Part shown: one piece after another, positions 42,345-55,098 of the stretch
How positions within the stretch are numbered: the stretch's first letter is position 1
Layout: every line of letters begins with the position of its first letter
Source of the DNA: Octopus sinensis
Lineage: Eukaryota
NCBI RefSeq assembly: GCF_006345805.1
Contig: NC_043017.1
Span: forward strand, 682,001 to 746,000
Direction: 5' to 3'
Length of the DNA stretch: 64,000 nucleotides
Translations under genes and position numbers: made by a program
Notes under the pieces: generated by a model
Database searches by the model: none
What the model was told of the DNA's origin: nothing
The model's input: only the letters and a program-made list of their open reading frames with translations

Positions 42345-42444
42345 ATTGGTGAATTGCCTTTCGAAACACGTGTAGAATGAAATAAAACGATTTCTGTTCA
42401 ATCTACGTTCAGCTCCATTTCTTCAATTCACCAATAATGTTTTA
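42336..42444. repeat. Small inverted-repeat element containing the 3' half of a hammerhead
   Basis: Perfect 21-bp arms taaaacattattggtgaattg and caattcaccaataatgtttta. GAAAC-acgt-GTA lies at 42363-42374. Confidence 0.7.
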
Positions 42445-42590
42445 ATTTCAATTATCCGCACCAACGCACGGTTGCAACGCCAGATGGTTGTACCTCCAAC
42501 CGTGCTGTTCACTGCTGTGATTTTTGCTACTAAGGTATCGGTTAAACTTTTGATTAATCTACTACAAGATTATTCATCTTTCTATTTCAC

Positions 42591-42628
<38 letters not shown>

Positions 42629-42671
42629 CATATATATATATATATATATACATACATACATATATATATAT

Positions 42672-42704
<33 letters not shown>

Positions 42705-42729
42705 CATACATACATATATATAATATATT

Positions 42730-42788
<59 letters not shown>

Positions 42789-42869
42789 CTATATATATAT
42801 ATATATACATATATATACATATATATACAATATATATATATATATATACATATATATACATATATATAC

Positions 42870-42933
<64 letters not shown>

Positions 42934-42987
42934 CATACATATACATATATATATATATATACATACATACATATATATATATATTAT

Positions 42988-43018
<31 letters not shown>

Positions 43019-43100
43019 CATACATACATATATATATACATATACATATATATATACATATATCTATATATATATACATACATACATTATATATATATAT

Positions 43101-43131
<31 letters not shown>

Positions 43132-43216
43132 CATACATACATACATATATATTATATATATATATATATACATATATATACATATATATATAACATACAT
43201 ACATATATATATATAT

Positions 43217-43288
<72 letters not shown>

Positions 43289-43289
<1 letters not shown>

Positions 43290-43470
43290 ACTTAGAATAA
43301 CTTAGAAAGGTTTTTGGCCAGTATTGGCCCAGGCCATGTCTAACTTAATAGCACCACCTGGCGAAGTCTTTCAGTTCAGGATTTGGGCACCAAGGCCCAT
43401 TCGAGCAGAGAGTTATTGTTTGCGGAGACATATCCGGGTGTGGGTGGTTTGTCCGGTACTGTTTGAAGGA
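43289..43470 (-). mobile_element. LINE 3' end fragment (CR1/L2-group-like)
   Basis: Minus frame [25 protein letters not shown] resembles ORF2 C-termini (..PD.P..PGY...NSL), followed by a short UTR and a ctaagttattctaagtt repeat tail. Confidence 0.6.
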
Positions 43471-43517
<47 letters not shown>

Positions 43518-43550
43518 CATATATATATACATATATATATATATAATACA

Positions 43551-43584
<34 letters not shown>

Positions 43585-43771
43585 ATATATACATATATAT
43601 ACATATATATATATATATATACATACATATATATATACACACACATATATATATATACACACACACACATATATATATATATAGATATATATATATACAC
43701 ACACATATATATATATATACATAATATATATATATACACACACATATATATATATATATACATATATATAT

Positions 43772-43817
<46 letters not shown>

Positions 43818-44320
43818 TACATATACATATATATATATACATGGCTATCACACAAACGACAGCATGACAAAAGTCTCACAACCGTAACCTCCGAGTTGCC
43901 GTGTTTATTTCCGGTAAGTAATCTCTTAAGAAAGTATTGTTATTCTATATATTCGAGTTTAGCCTTAACTTGTGAGTCAAAGTATGAAGACTGACATTCG
44001 CCAGGTGGATTGTACCTGTAATGATAAAAAAAAGTGGCGGCACTCTTGTGACATACCTTGTCACATTGTTTCTAACTCAGAAGTGTATATGTGCCCGCAG
44101 AATACTCATTTATTTATACGGTAATCCCGGAGCAGGCAATTTGCTTGATCGAACTTGATCGGATCAACTTCGTTCAATGACGGACATCCATTTCTACAAC
44201 CACCACCACCACTTCCAACAACAATCTCACCACAATAGCCTCCACCACCGCTACCAATAAATATTCAATATTTATGTCATGAATATCGAAAATCAGAATA
44301 CAGACCGATTCAGTGTATAC

Positions 44321-44404
44321 AAGGTCAACGTCAATATCTAAAGGGTCAATATCATTATCTGCAGGGTCAATATTAATGTTTACAGGGTCAACATCTAGTA
44401 GTAA
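44321..44404. repeat. Degenerate 21-bp minisatellite, 4 units
   Basis: aaggtcaacgtcaatatctaa / agggtcaatatcattatctgc / agggtcaatattaatgtttac / agggtcaacatctagtagtaa. Confidence 0.75.
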
Positions 44405-45589
44405 ATCTACTAGCATGTCTTGTGCAGTGATCACGACTAAACCTGGGTACTAGATTTAATCGGTGATCCAGTTTTATTCCACTCCATGACACTTTGATCA
44501 CTTTCGTGAAGTCCGTTCTGTTGTACAATTTCAGAATGGTTTGAGGAAAACGTCGAATTTAGGAAAAGGTCTTCAGTCCATTTTAGTAGACACGGTGACC
44601 ATGAAACTGCTCCTCAGCATTGCACCCCAACAAAAATAAATGCAGTAGATAAGCCTTTATATCTTTTCGTCGCTAAATATACTCACCCATACAATCCTTC
44701 AAATTCCAGCCCAAGCTGGTGTTTACCAGTTATTTCTCTTACTCATATTCTTGTTCCCTCAGCAGCCCCAAGAGCCACTTTCCAGCTCCCTCGCCCTGTA
44801 AATTGCCCCTAGTATGTTCTCACGTCAGCTCGTTAATCTTCTACCCCTTCCTTTGTCTTTTCACTCTGTTACTGACACTAAGTCCACGAGACCACGACAC
44901 CACGACACCAGCATTAATCACCATTCTTCGCCCACAATCCATCACTATACATCTCATTCCGTTAACAACGTTAATCACCGCACTTTACATCACTCCAGCT
45001 CCGTAAACAGTCTTACTTCATCACTCATCACGCGCCCTTGTCATCCCAATTCTCTCTCTCTTTCTTTCTCTCCCTTCACTCCGGTACCAGCACTTTTCCC
45101 GTTTTCCCGTCTTCCATATCACCGCTCCACGTTTTCATCCAATTTCACGTTTTGATCCAACTCCAAAACGCACTTTCCACTTCATTCCTCTAATATTCCT
45201 CTTTATCCGAGACACTTCAAAATCTGATATATATGTCGATGTCACACTAAGACTCCAGCACCCACATAGAGTCACTTTCTGGCTAAACCAATACACCAAC
45301 AATCCTGCTGTTTCCACAAACATTACCCGAAGCCATGCTGTAATTATACACGTCACAGAGAAAATGAGTTCCAACCTTTATCAACATCATACTATAACAT
45401 CCGAGTCGCATAGATTTCATTTCCCATTCAGCACTAATTATATTCCTTTGTTTGATGTTGTCGTCATTGTTGTTGCTGTTGTTGTTGTTGTTAATCTCCT
45501 GCTTTTACTGCTTTGCTTTATTACATTTTATTCTAAAATTGACGACATCTTGTCGCATTAAATCCCGCACTTTTGAAGTCTCTGTATAC

Positions 45590-45900
45590 AGTTGTTTCAC
45601 CCACAACCATTACAATCACCACCACCACCACCAGCACAAACACCACCACCACCACCATCATCACCTCCACCACCGCCATCACCACATATCCCTCTACGAC
45701 GACGGCGACGACGAATACCATAACCACCACCACCGATACAATCACAACCATCACCTCCACCATCCTCCTCCTCCTCCTCATCATCATCATCATCATCACC
45801 ACCATCACCACCTTCATCATCATCATTAGCAGCAGCAGCAGCAGCGGTAGCAGCATCACCATCACAAATGCCGTCTACACAGTCACCAACAGTAACGAAA
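45590..45900. repeat. Compound trinucleotide repeat (CAC/CAT/ACG/CCT/CAG)
   Basis: Direct reading. It produces His-, Thr- or Gly/Asp-rich pseudo-ORFs in several frames. Confidence 0.85.
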
Positions 45901-46184
45901 ACCAACACATGGTACAACTTCCTCTTTCCACCCCTATTTCTCCATCTCTCCCTCTCTTTCTCTCCCTCTCTCTGTCTCTGTCTCTTACCCTCTCTCTAGT
46001 TCCCTGTTTCTCATCCATCCAAACTTACTCTGCCAGCCTCTAGTTAGGAACGTATACGATTCAAAATAGATCCTTCTCATTAGGCATTCAAACTTAGATA
46101 GACCTAATCATGTCGCCATCTGGTTTCTTTTGCAACCAACCAACTAATCAATTACCAACTATTGCAATGTGTGTGGGTGCGTGC

Positions 46185-46261
<77 letters not shown>

Positions 46262-46305
46262 ATATATATATATAAACATTTGTACATATATATATATAAA
46301 TATAA

Positions 46306-46353
<48 letters not shown>

Positions 46354-46420
46354 AATAACTATATATATATATATATATGGTGTGTGTACGTATACACACA
46401 CACACACACACACCACACTC

Positions 46421-46451
<31 letters not shown>

Positions 46452-46779
46452 CGTATACACACACACATGCATATATAGGTGTGTGTGTGGGTATGCCTGC
46501 ACTCGTCCGCTAGAAATGGCGTCAGGCCGTTGCTAAAAATGAGTAATAAATTTCTTTTTCTGTCTTGTAGTTGGGATTACGTGTCCTTTCTAAACGAGTT
46601 GATCAAGACCTGTTTGTTTATTTCCCTTTACTAACGATCGAAGCACTTTCTTCTATCCACACATTGAACAGGACATGGCAGATATGGCGCCTCTAACAAT
46701 GTAGACCTAATCTTCAGTTTTTTCTAATATGTCAGCAGATTTTTATGCATATCTTTACGTATTATTGTATCTATCTGCT

Positions 46780-47365
46780 TGGTCAGCTGATACAGTTTTT
46801 GTGTTTTTGTGGTTCAGTTTTCCGTTCATCATGTTTGGGGTTGTGGAGATTCTGTAGTACCAGGCAATGACTGGTATTACCGTGTACATGTTTTGTTTTA
46901 GTATAAGCGATGGTCTTCAGCAAATATTCTGCTCAATATCACAGATTTGCCTGTCATTTGTTTGACCTTAACCAGTTGAGCATGTTCCTTAGTGGCTGAC
47001 GATATGTGCATCTCTGATCATGAGCAGAACATCATAGCCATATGTTGAGAGGGATTCTTTGGGGTTTGAATAATTCACCTCTAGAAACATGGGTGTTTCG
47101 TTCAACACCCTTAAACAACCCTCATTCAGGGACCTTTGGAGCGGGATGGGTAACTCGACCAGAAGAAAATTCTAACTGGGCTCCACCTGCAAGGTCATGT
47201 GCTGTTTATCTTGATATAAGATCACCATGTTGCGTACATCTAGTTGTGATGCATGTGCCTGGTGTACCCTTATCAGACGGGTAGTCATGATGGGTATACT
47301 GGGCTTCGTATATTTTACCCCAGTGTCACTTTGAAGGCATGCACTGCTCTCTCACTCAATAATAA
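46780..47365 (-). mobile_element. Interspersed repeat, probably the 5' region of an abundant octopus LINE
   Basis: Non-microsatellite, GC-richer block (ccagttgagcatgttccttagtggctgacgatatgtgc...gggtagtcatgatgggtatactgggcttcgtatatttt) that I recall as a common octopus repeat. Clade not verified. Confidence 0.45.
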
Positions 47366-47380
47366 CAATATTCTCGTTCT

Positions 47381-47528
47381 CAGTACGTAACTGGTACTTA
47401 TTTTATTGACCCCCCAACCCCCGAAAAGGACAAAGAGCAAGGCCGACCTCGATGAAATTTGAACACTGAATATTTTCCTGCCGAGCCTTTTGTCCTGCGC
47501 GGCAACCAGATTCATCAATCGCCGCCTT
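47381..47528 (-). mobile_element. tRNA-SINE family A, old copy
   Basis: cgtaactggtacttattttattgacccc...gacctcgatgaaatttgaac...cgccgcctt. Confidence 0.7.
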
Positions 47529-47684
47529 AATAACAGTAAATGACAGAAAGCTACGTTATAACAGTTCAAGCTCCCGACTGTCCGCTAGAAACTACCAAGA
47601 TAGCAGATGTATACGAATACACACACACACACACACAGACACATACACACACACACACACACAGACACATACACACAGACACAG

Positions 47685-47734
<50 letters not shown>

Positions 47735-48913
47735 GGACGCTCACGTATCTGTAACTTCATATCAAACTGCATATTATATCTGGAAAGTACGACATGACTG
47801 GATTTAAAGGCAACATTTATTGGATAATTGTTATAACAAATAATAGATTGGCGTATATTAAAATCTCCTCTCAGGCAATACGAATCTTTCGTACAAGCAT
47901 TCATCAATTTATCTGTTGATGTATTATATAATTGCATGAGGCAACGAACTTGCAGTAACGTTTGACAAACGCTGGACAAATGCATTTCGAGCACCTTTAT
48001 GTTAATCGGTTCGAATTTCACCAAGGTTGCTTTTGCCTTCGTTCTCTCAGGGTTTGTAAATTATACACTACCCCACACTGATATTGCTGGCCTTGTGCCA
48101 AAATTTGAAAGCAATACATTATAGAATTGCATAAAGTGTGAGTTCGCAGATTTGGCAGCAGACCGGGGTAAAATGCTTAGTGGCGTTTCGTACGTCTTTA
48201 CGTTCTGAGTTCAAACTGTGATCGCCCCGAGCTCTTCTTTAAGATTGCTCTCGTGTGTCAAAAGTTGAAGGGAATGCATTATATACTTCCATAATTTTAA
48301 TAAGTCTAACATGGAAAACTCTCATTAAGAAGTCGTTAACAGTTACACTGCAATGTTATTACACCACATGCGTGTCAATATAAATATTTCATTATGTGCG
48401 TGTAAGTATAGATGAGAGTATCTGTATCTCTTATTCTCATATGGAACTGGTCTTCTGTGGTCATTGCTAATTATGACACGTCGTCAAATGGCGAGAATAA
48501 TTTTCATTAATCAAGAATTATGGTATTAAGCTGCATTGAAGACGCTGGCTAAGTGGTTAGTATATTCCACTCCCTATAGTAAGATCGTGAATTGGAAAAC
48601 CGCCGGTGCGTTGTGTCCTCCATTAAGATAAGATATTTATTTCACGTTACTCCAGTCCACTCAGATGGTAAAAAGGAGTTGTACTTGTTATTCACATGCC
48701 CAGCTTTTTCACGTTTAGCTTCAAGCCAAATCTCCCGAGAACTACGATAAGGGTGGGCGTGTTTGTGGGGTGCTCAGCCACTTGCTTTTATTTCAATGAA
48801 CACGCTGTTCCAGTGGCCGAGAGATTTAGACTTATGCAAAAAGAGCAGAACACATCTATGGTCCAGCTAAATTTCTATAATTTAAACAAAAATACGCAAA
48901 CATAAATAATTCT

Positions 48914-49143
48914 GGGAGTGGCTGTGTGGTAAGTAGCTTGCTTACCAACCACATGATTGGGGGTTCAGTCCCACTGCGTCTGCCGTTACGTTCTGCGTTC
49001 AAATTCTGCAGAGGTCGACTTTGTCTTTCATCCATTCGGGGTCGATTAAATATGTACCATTTATGCATTGGGGTCAATATAATCGACTAAATCCTTTTGT
49101 TTGTCCTCTCTGTGTTTAGCACTCTGTGGGCAATAAAGAAATA
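48914..49143 (+). mobile_element. Chimeric SINE with family B head and family A body
   Basis: gggagtggctgtgtggtaag...ttcagtcccactgCGT joins CGTctgccgttacgttctg...gggcaataaagaaata at 48977-48979. Confidence 0.8.
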
Positions 49144-49234
49144 TATATTCATATATGTGTGTATAAATATAGATGTATAGTTCAATTATTATATATGTAT
49201 TTATATATATATATGCAGGCAAATACATATATGC

Positions 49235-49265
<31 letters not shown>

Positions 49266-49354
49266 CCACACGTACACACACACATGCACACACACATACA
49301 CACACACATGCACACACACATACACACACACATGCACACACACATACACACACC

Positions 49355-49690
49355 TGCGTCGCTGTGTGGTGAGAAACGTCCTTCACAACCACGTGGGTCT
49401 GGATTCAGTCCACTGCATGGCACCTTGGGCAAGTGTCTTCTATTATGGCCTCGGACCAAGAAACTCTTGCGAGTGTATTTGGTGTAAGGAAACTGAAAAA
49501 AGCCCGTCGTATTTATATGTATGTATTTCCGTATGTGTGTCTTTGTGTCTGTGTTTATCCCACCCCCATCCATCGCTTAACAACCGATGTTGGTGCGTCT
49601 ACATCCCCATAACACTAACTGTTGGATTAAAACCTTTTAAGGCGGTGCTCCAGCATGACTGCAGTCAAATAACTGAAACAGGTGAAAGGA
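49355..49690 (+). mobile_element. tRNA-SINE family B, diverged
   Basis: gctgtgtggtgag...ccactgcatggcaccttgggcaagtgtcttc...ggcggtgctccagcatgactgcagtc. Confidence 0.8.
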
Positions 49691-50517
49691 TACAATATAT
49701 TTGCACACATACCATACACACTTTAAATCCTTCGAACTTCAGTTCCACGTAGAATACGTTCAAGATGCCAATCTATCAAATATCTATGTTCAGAATATTT
49801 CAGACGCTTCAGACCACACAAGATACAACTCTGGCTGTTGAATATGTCCGATACGACAAAACTAACATGGTTATTTTCTCATGCCAAAATATTACAACAG
49901 ATTACTCTCCCTGTTTCTCTTTTTCTTTCCTACCACTCTTTCTCCCTATATATATAATTGTATGTTTCTATACCCGCCTCTCTCTCTCTCTCTATCTCTC
50001 TTTCTCTATCTCTCTCCCTTTCTAAATATGTTACCGCATTTATTGAACGAGACATTGTAACTCAAGAATCGCATAGAAACCCTGTCATCAGAGCCGGAAT
50101 CTCTCGTGGACCTTTGATACAATCACAGTAACACCGAACCAAGAAGTAGATATGCGTGGGAACTGTTGTGATGCTGCAATGGAAAACATTGGTTGCAAAT
50201 ATCTGCTGCTGACAGATAGAAAGGCGATAGAAATAGGAAAGTGTATAACTTTATAATAACGAGTAGCGTGTGGAATGAGAAGCCTGCCAGTGAAAATAAG
50301 GTTACAGAAATAAGGTTGAAATACAGCCTAAACACTTAACTATATTGTTTGCATGTATGAATGCACGTGCATTCATAGATATACATATGTCTATATATGA
50401 GTATATATGCAATTGCGTATATAAATGCATGTGTATATATATGTGTGTGTGTCTGTGTAAATAGGTACGTGTACGTGCGGGAGTATATATGAACTTGCGT
50501 ATATAAATGCATGTATA

Positions 50518-50555
<38 letters not shown>

Positions 50556-50881
50556 TGTGTAAATAGGTATGTATACGTGCGTGCGTGTCTCTATATGCAT
50601 TTTCAACTTAACGTGTTGAACGCCACTTGCTTTCACTTGTTCGTTAGTATGCACATATGTGCATGGACTTCTCACACGCTCAGTCCATGTTTGTCTGCAT
50701 GTCTGTCTGTTTCTTCCTCTTTCTCTGTCACTCTCTCTCCCCTCTCTCTCTCTCTATATATATATATATGATATTGAAATATAGGTGCATATACGTAAAG
50801 AGATATACATTCATAGAGATATATGCATGTGCGTGTAAGTCCACAGAATTAAAATATATATATGTGAGACATCTATGTATG

Positions 50882-50920
<39 letters not shown>

Positions 50921-51651
50921 ATATATATATATATGTGTGTGTATACACATGCACATACATACACACGGAATTATACAATTGGGATCAAATTCTTCAAAGT
51001 AGACTCATCAAATAACTGGAAGCCTAAATCTAAGTTCCTATAGACTTACGCGCGCACACACACACATACCCAAACACACGCACTCAAACACACACACACA
51101 CACGCACACACATATACTCTCATTTATTAGCACACATATAAACAGGCACTCATGCGCATGCCTTACACAACCAGAATGCAAAATACTACGACCGCCACCA
51201 CCACCACCACCACCACCACGGTCATCATCACCACCAGCATAGCCAACCTCACCCACGCATAAAACACACATACACGCAGTAAAAAGAGAGAAGATGCAAA
51301 ATAGAGATTGCGTTTAATATGCGAGGTGCAATATTCTTTGAAGAGATCCAAGTCATTTCATTTATTGTTTCATTGGAGTAGAGAATTGCATAAAACTAAT
51401 TGTTCTCTAACGAACTAGCAGAGCCATATAAAGCATGACCAATTCCATTTAGGCGAATATTGGATACTGCAATGCGTATAATGTAACATGGCAAGTAGTG
51501 GGTTTTAATTTTTACAATGTCATAAATGTACACATTAAAACTGCAGTGAGGCACCAGTACGCTAAAATATGATATACGCTTCAATGAAAGGAACGAGCAC
51601 AATTTTTCTGTGGAGGCCATAAAGAGTATATACATAGGTGTGTGTGTGTGT

Positions 51652-51715
<64 letters not shown>

Positions 51716-51971
51716 CGTGTATTGTTCAGTGATGTTTCTGAAAAGAATTACTCGGAAAGAAACAGTACATTAATTTTCACCTGAGAGTGACTGACGTGTG
51801 TAGTTCCGGAGTAATATACCTAAATGTATATAAGCTGATAAAAGTACATATATATGTGTGTGTGTGTGTGTGTGTATGTATATATGTATGCACGTATGAA
51901 TGTATGTATGTATTATGTATGTAGCTATACACACACACATATATATATGTAAAATATATAATATATATATG

Positions 51972-52002
<31 letters not shown>

Positions 52003-52169
52003 GCATATATATATACACACACACATATATATATTTATAGATAGATGTATAATGTGAATGAATGTATCTGTGTATATAATAAATATATATATATAATATG
52101 CGTGTATATATATATATATATATATATATGAACATCCGTGTTCCATATTGATATATATATATAATATGC

Positions 52170-52223
<54 letters not shown>

Positions 52224-52547
52224 TCGTTACTGTTTGATATACGCTCTCTTTCGTCCATGACTCGTCAATGTGCCTTGTGATGTTTGAGATGAATCGCTGG
52301 TCACTGAATGATCATTAAAACTGTGGCTATAATCCTTTTCTGAGAAGTTTGTTCATCTCATATTCTGATCGATGCCCCGGTTTCCATATCATGTCAGTGT
52401 TGAATGTGTTCACTGCCACGTCATGTATTTCGTCTACTTACTTCCAGGTCTTACCGTCTTCTGTGGAATTCTTGTATTGTTGTCAGAGTCAAGAATGCAT
52501 TTCTGAAGCATTCCGTAAGACATACGAGCTTTAATTTGACACATGAT

Positions 52548-52890
52548 CACATTCTTGCTCACAACATCATAAGCGGAAGGTGTAACCTCGCGAAAGAGCT
52601 GTTCTTCACCCCTGCTCCAGAACGTCGGCTGCGGAGTCACTCCGAAAAGCTCTATCTGCGACGATTTCATCTCAGTCGAAGGAGAGGAGCTTTCTCCGTC
52701 CGGGTTGCGGTTCCGTGGAATAAGCTGCCGGACGAGATAGTGAAGATGCCGACGACCGCTCGGTTCAAAGTCTCCCTTGACCACAAATGGCCTGAACTCT
52801 TTGCATGAACACCACCCTCTACATAACTCCATGTCCCCCTACATGGTCTTGCTTTTTGCTTTTTGAGCCAAATAATTAACTATCTAACAT
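52548..52890 (+). mobile_element. CR1/L2-type LINE, 5'-truncated 3' end
   Basis: ILAHNIISG...LRSHSEKLYLRRFHLSRRRGAFSVRVAVPWNKLPDEIV...FKVSLDHKW-stop matches the RGH..KL...FS.RV...WN.LP C-terminal signature, followed by a 3' UTR and a taac-like tail. Confidence 0.85.
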
Positions 52891-52901
52891 GCATATTGTA
52901 T

Positions 52902-53015
52902 GAAGAAGAAGAAGAAGAAGAAGAAGAAGAAGAAGAAGAAGAAGAAGAAGAAGAAGAAGAAGAAGAAGAAGAAGAAGAAGAAGAAGAAGAAGAAGAAGAA
53001 GAAGAAGAAGAAGAA
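52902..53015. repeat. (GAA)n microsatellite, about 38 units
   Basis: Direct reading. Confidence 0.98.
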
Positions 53016-53591
53016 AGGCTTTTATATTTCCTAGAGTCATTTTTGCTACTTCGACGATATTTGTTCAGTGCAGCTGGAAGAAAGTCCTCTGTTGCTGATA
53101 GTTTTGCCAAGGAAAAATGTAGACTGCGAAATACGCCGTTTCGTTGCTAACTTTGCCAGGAAAAGTAGTCGGGATATGTATTTTCCAGGAAGGTTTCTAC
53201 ATCGGGGAAGGTTTGATAGCAATGCGAGAAATTTATTGACATAACAAAATTTGAAGTGTGTGTGGCGTCAAGAAACCTTAATTTATTTTAAATTAATTAT
53301 TTACGTCTTACAATTATATTTTATTCTCATTCTGTTTATTTTGTGAAATGGGAAGCAATGATGACGAAAAAAGAAAAAAATATGAGATGAATAAATTTAC
53401 AATAGCTATGATTTGATCGCTTGTGGAATTGCTGTTTAATAGGTTCTTCCCTCTTCAGTTGCGTATTTATAGGGGAAATATTTTTATGGATTTCGAAATA
53501 CATTATCCGTCCACAGAGAAGGATTTAGGTGTGAAATAACTTAATACAAGAATATCTGATGTCATGTAATATTAATATTCATGGTTTGAAT

Positions 53592-53803
53592 ATAAGACGG
53601 CAAGCTGGCAGAATCGTGAGCACTCCGGGCGAAGTGCGAAGCCGTATTTCGTCTGCCGTTATGTTCTGAGTTCAAATTCCGCCGAGGTCGATTTTGCCCA
53701 TCATCCTTTCGGGGTCGATAAATTAAGTACCAGTTACGCACTGGAGTCAATATAATTGACTTAATCCGTTTGTCTGCTCTTGTTTGTGGGTAGTAAAGAA
53801 ATA
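53592..53803 (+). mobile_element. tRNA-SINE family A with an adjacent truncated second piece (to ~53950)
   Basis: aagacggcaagctggcagaatcgtgagc...gagttcaaattccgccgaggtcg...gggtagtaaagaaata. Confidence 0.88.
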
Positions 53804-54515
53804 GGTATTTCGTCTGCCGCTATGTCGACTATGCCGAGGTCGACTTTCCTTTCGGGCACATACAAAATAAGTTCCATTTAAGCACTGGGATGGATGTAAA
53901 TGACTTATACCATCTGCCGAACTTGCTGGCATTGTGCCATAATTTGAAATCACTATACATATTAGTATAGGCCGTGAACTCGTAGAATTATTAGCGCGCC
54001 GAGCAAAACGCTTAACAGCAATTCCTCCGCCTTTACGCTCCGGGTCTACATTTCGTCACATTGAAGTCAGCCGGTGTTCAGAATTGTCTTACTTCAAAAT
54101 CAGAACAGCTTCTGTGTAAATATACCGACAAGGAGTAAATATTCACAAGTGAATCTTTATATAGATATTATTACTGTTATTATTATCTGCGGTTATATAA
54201 ACAGTTGATAATAACAACAACAATAATATAGGCGGTTGCAGGCCTAATATAACATTAGATAGCTACAGAATTAAATTTTATATTAAGGATAAGGGTGCTT
54301 TTATGATTGCTTTGAAATCTTTAACTCGTACACCCGACTACTAATGATTTCCTGTCGTATATTTCAGTGTTATTGGTGGTTTAAATGAGGGTTTTAACTC
54401 CTCTTTCTAGCGGGTAAGGCGCCTTGTACACCCTTATAATTGATATATAATCATACATATATATGTGTGTGTGTGCGTGAGTGCGTGTGTGAATACATAT
54501 ATGTATATGTGTATG

Positions 54516-54551
<36 letters not shown>

Positions 54552-54555
<4 letters not shown>

Positions 54556-54712
54556 CGACGGGCTTCATTCAGTTTCCGTCTACCAAATCCACTCATAAGG
54601 TTTTGGTCGGCGCGAAGTAGAAGACACTTGCCCAAGGTACCACGCAGTGTGACTGAACCCGGAACCATATGGTTGGTAAGCAAGCTACTTACCACACAGC
54701 CACTCTTGCGCC
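54552..54712 (-). mobile_element. tRNA-SINE family B, 5' part
   Basis: acgacgggcttcattcagtttccgtctacc...gctacttaccacacagccactcttgcgcc. Confidence 0.9.
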
Positions 54713-54725
54713 TATATATATATAA

Positions 54726-54758
<33 letters not shown>

Positions 54759-54763
<5 letters not shown>

Positions 54764-55050
54764 ACGTGATCACGTGACCGACCACGCTATCAGATGTTGC
54801 TACACATCGCTGGTCACAATGCGCTTCAAATGACGCCACCCATCATTGGAAACGAGCAGGCCAACAGAAGAAAGAGTGAGAGAAAGTTGCGGCGAAAGAG
54901 TTCAGCAGGGATCGCTACCACCCCGTGCCGGAGCCTCGTGGAGCCTTAGGTGTTTTCGCTCAATAAACACTCGCAACGGCTGGTCTGGGAGTCGAAACCG
55001 CGATTCCACGACCGCGAGTCCGCTGCCCTAACCACTGGGCCATTGCGCCT

Positions 55051-55054
<4 letters not shown>
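54759..55054 (-). mobile_element. tRNA-SINE family C
   Basis: Minus strand begins gtggaggcgcaatggcccagtggttagggcagcggactcgcggtcgtggaatcgcggtttcgactccc, a tRNA-like head with A and B boxes, followed by a unique body. Confidence 0.88.

Positions 55055-55098
<44 letters not shown>

Noticed and set aside
45200-45370. Possible Penelope RT C-terminal fragment (DVTLRL...NQY)
   Set aside because: Similarity by eye is too weak to call without a profile search.
45452-46043. His-rich, Thr-rich and Gly/Asp-rich ORFs resembling cephalopod structural proteins
   Set aside because: Compound trinucleotide repeat open in several frames on both strands, with no splice or domain support.
52441-52470. Asp-box-like STEDGKTW next to a minus-strand gtaagt donor
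   Set aside because: It would need a 19-nt exon and the motif is imperfect. Too short to support.
52863-53150. Poly-Glu / poly-Ser ORF
   Set aside because: It is a (GAA)n microsatellite following a LINE tail.
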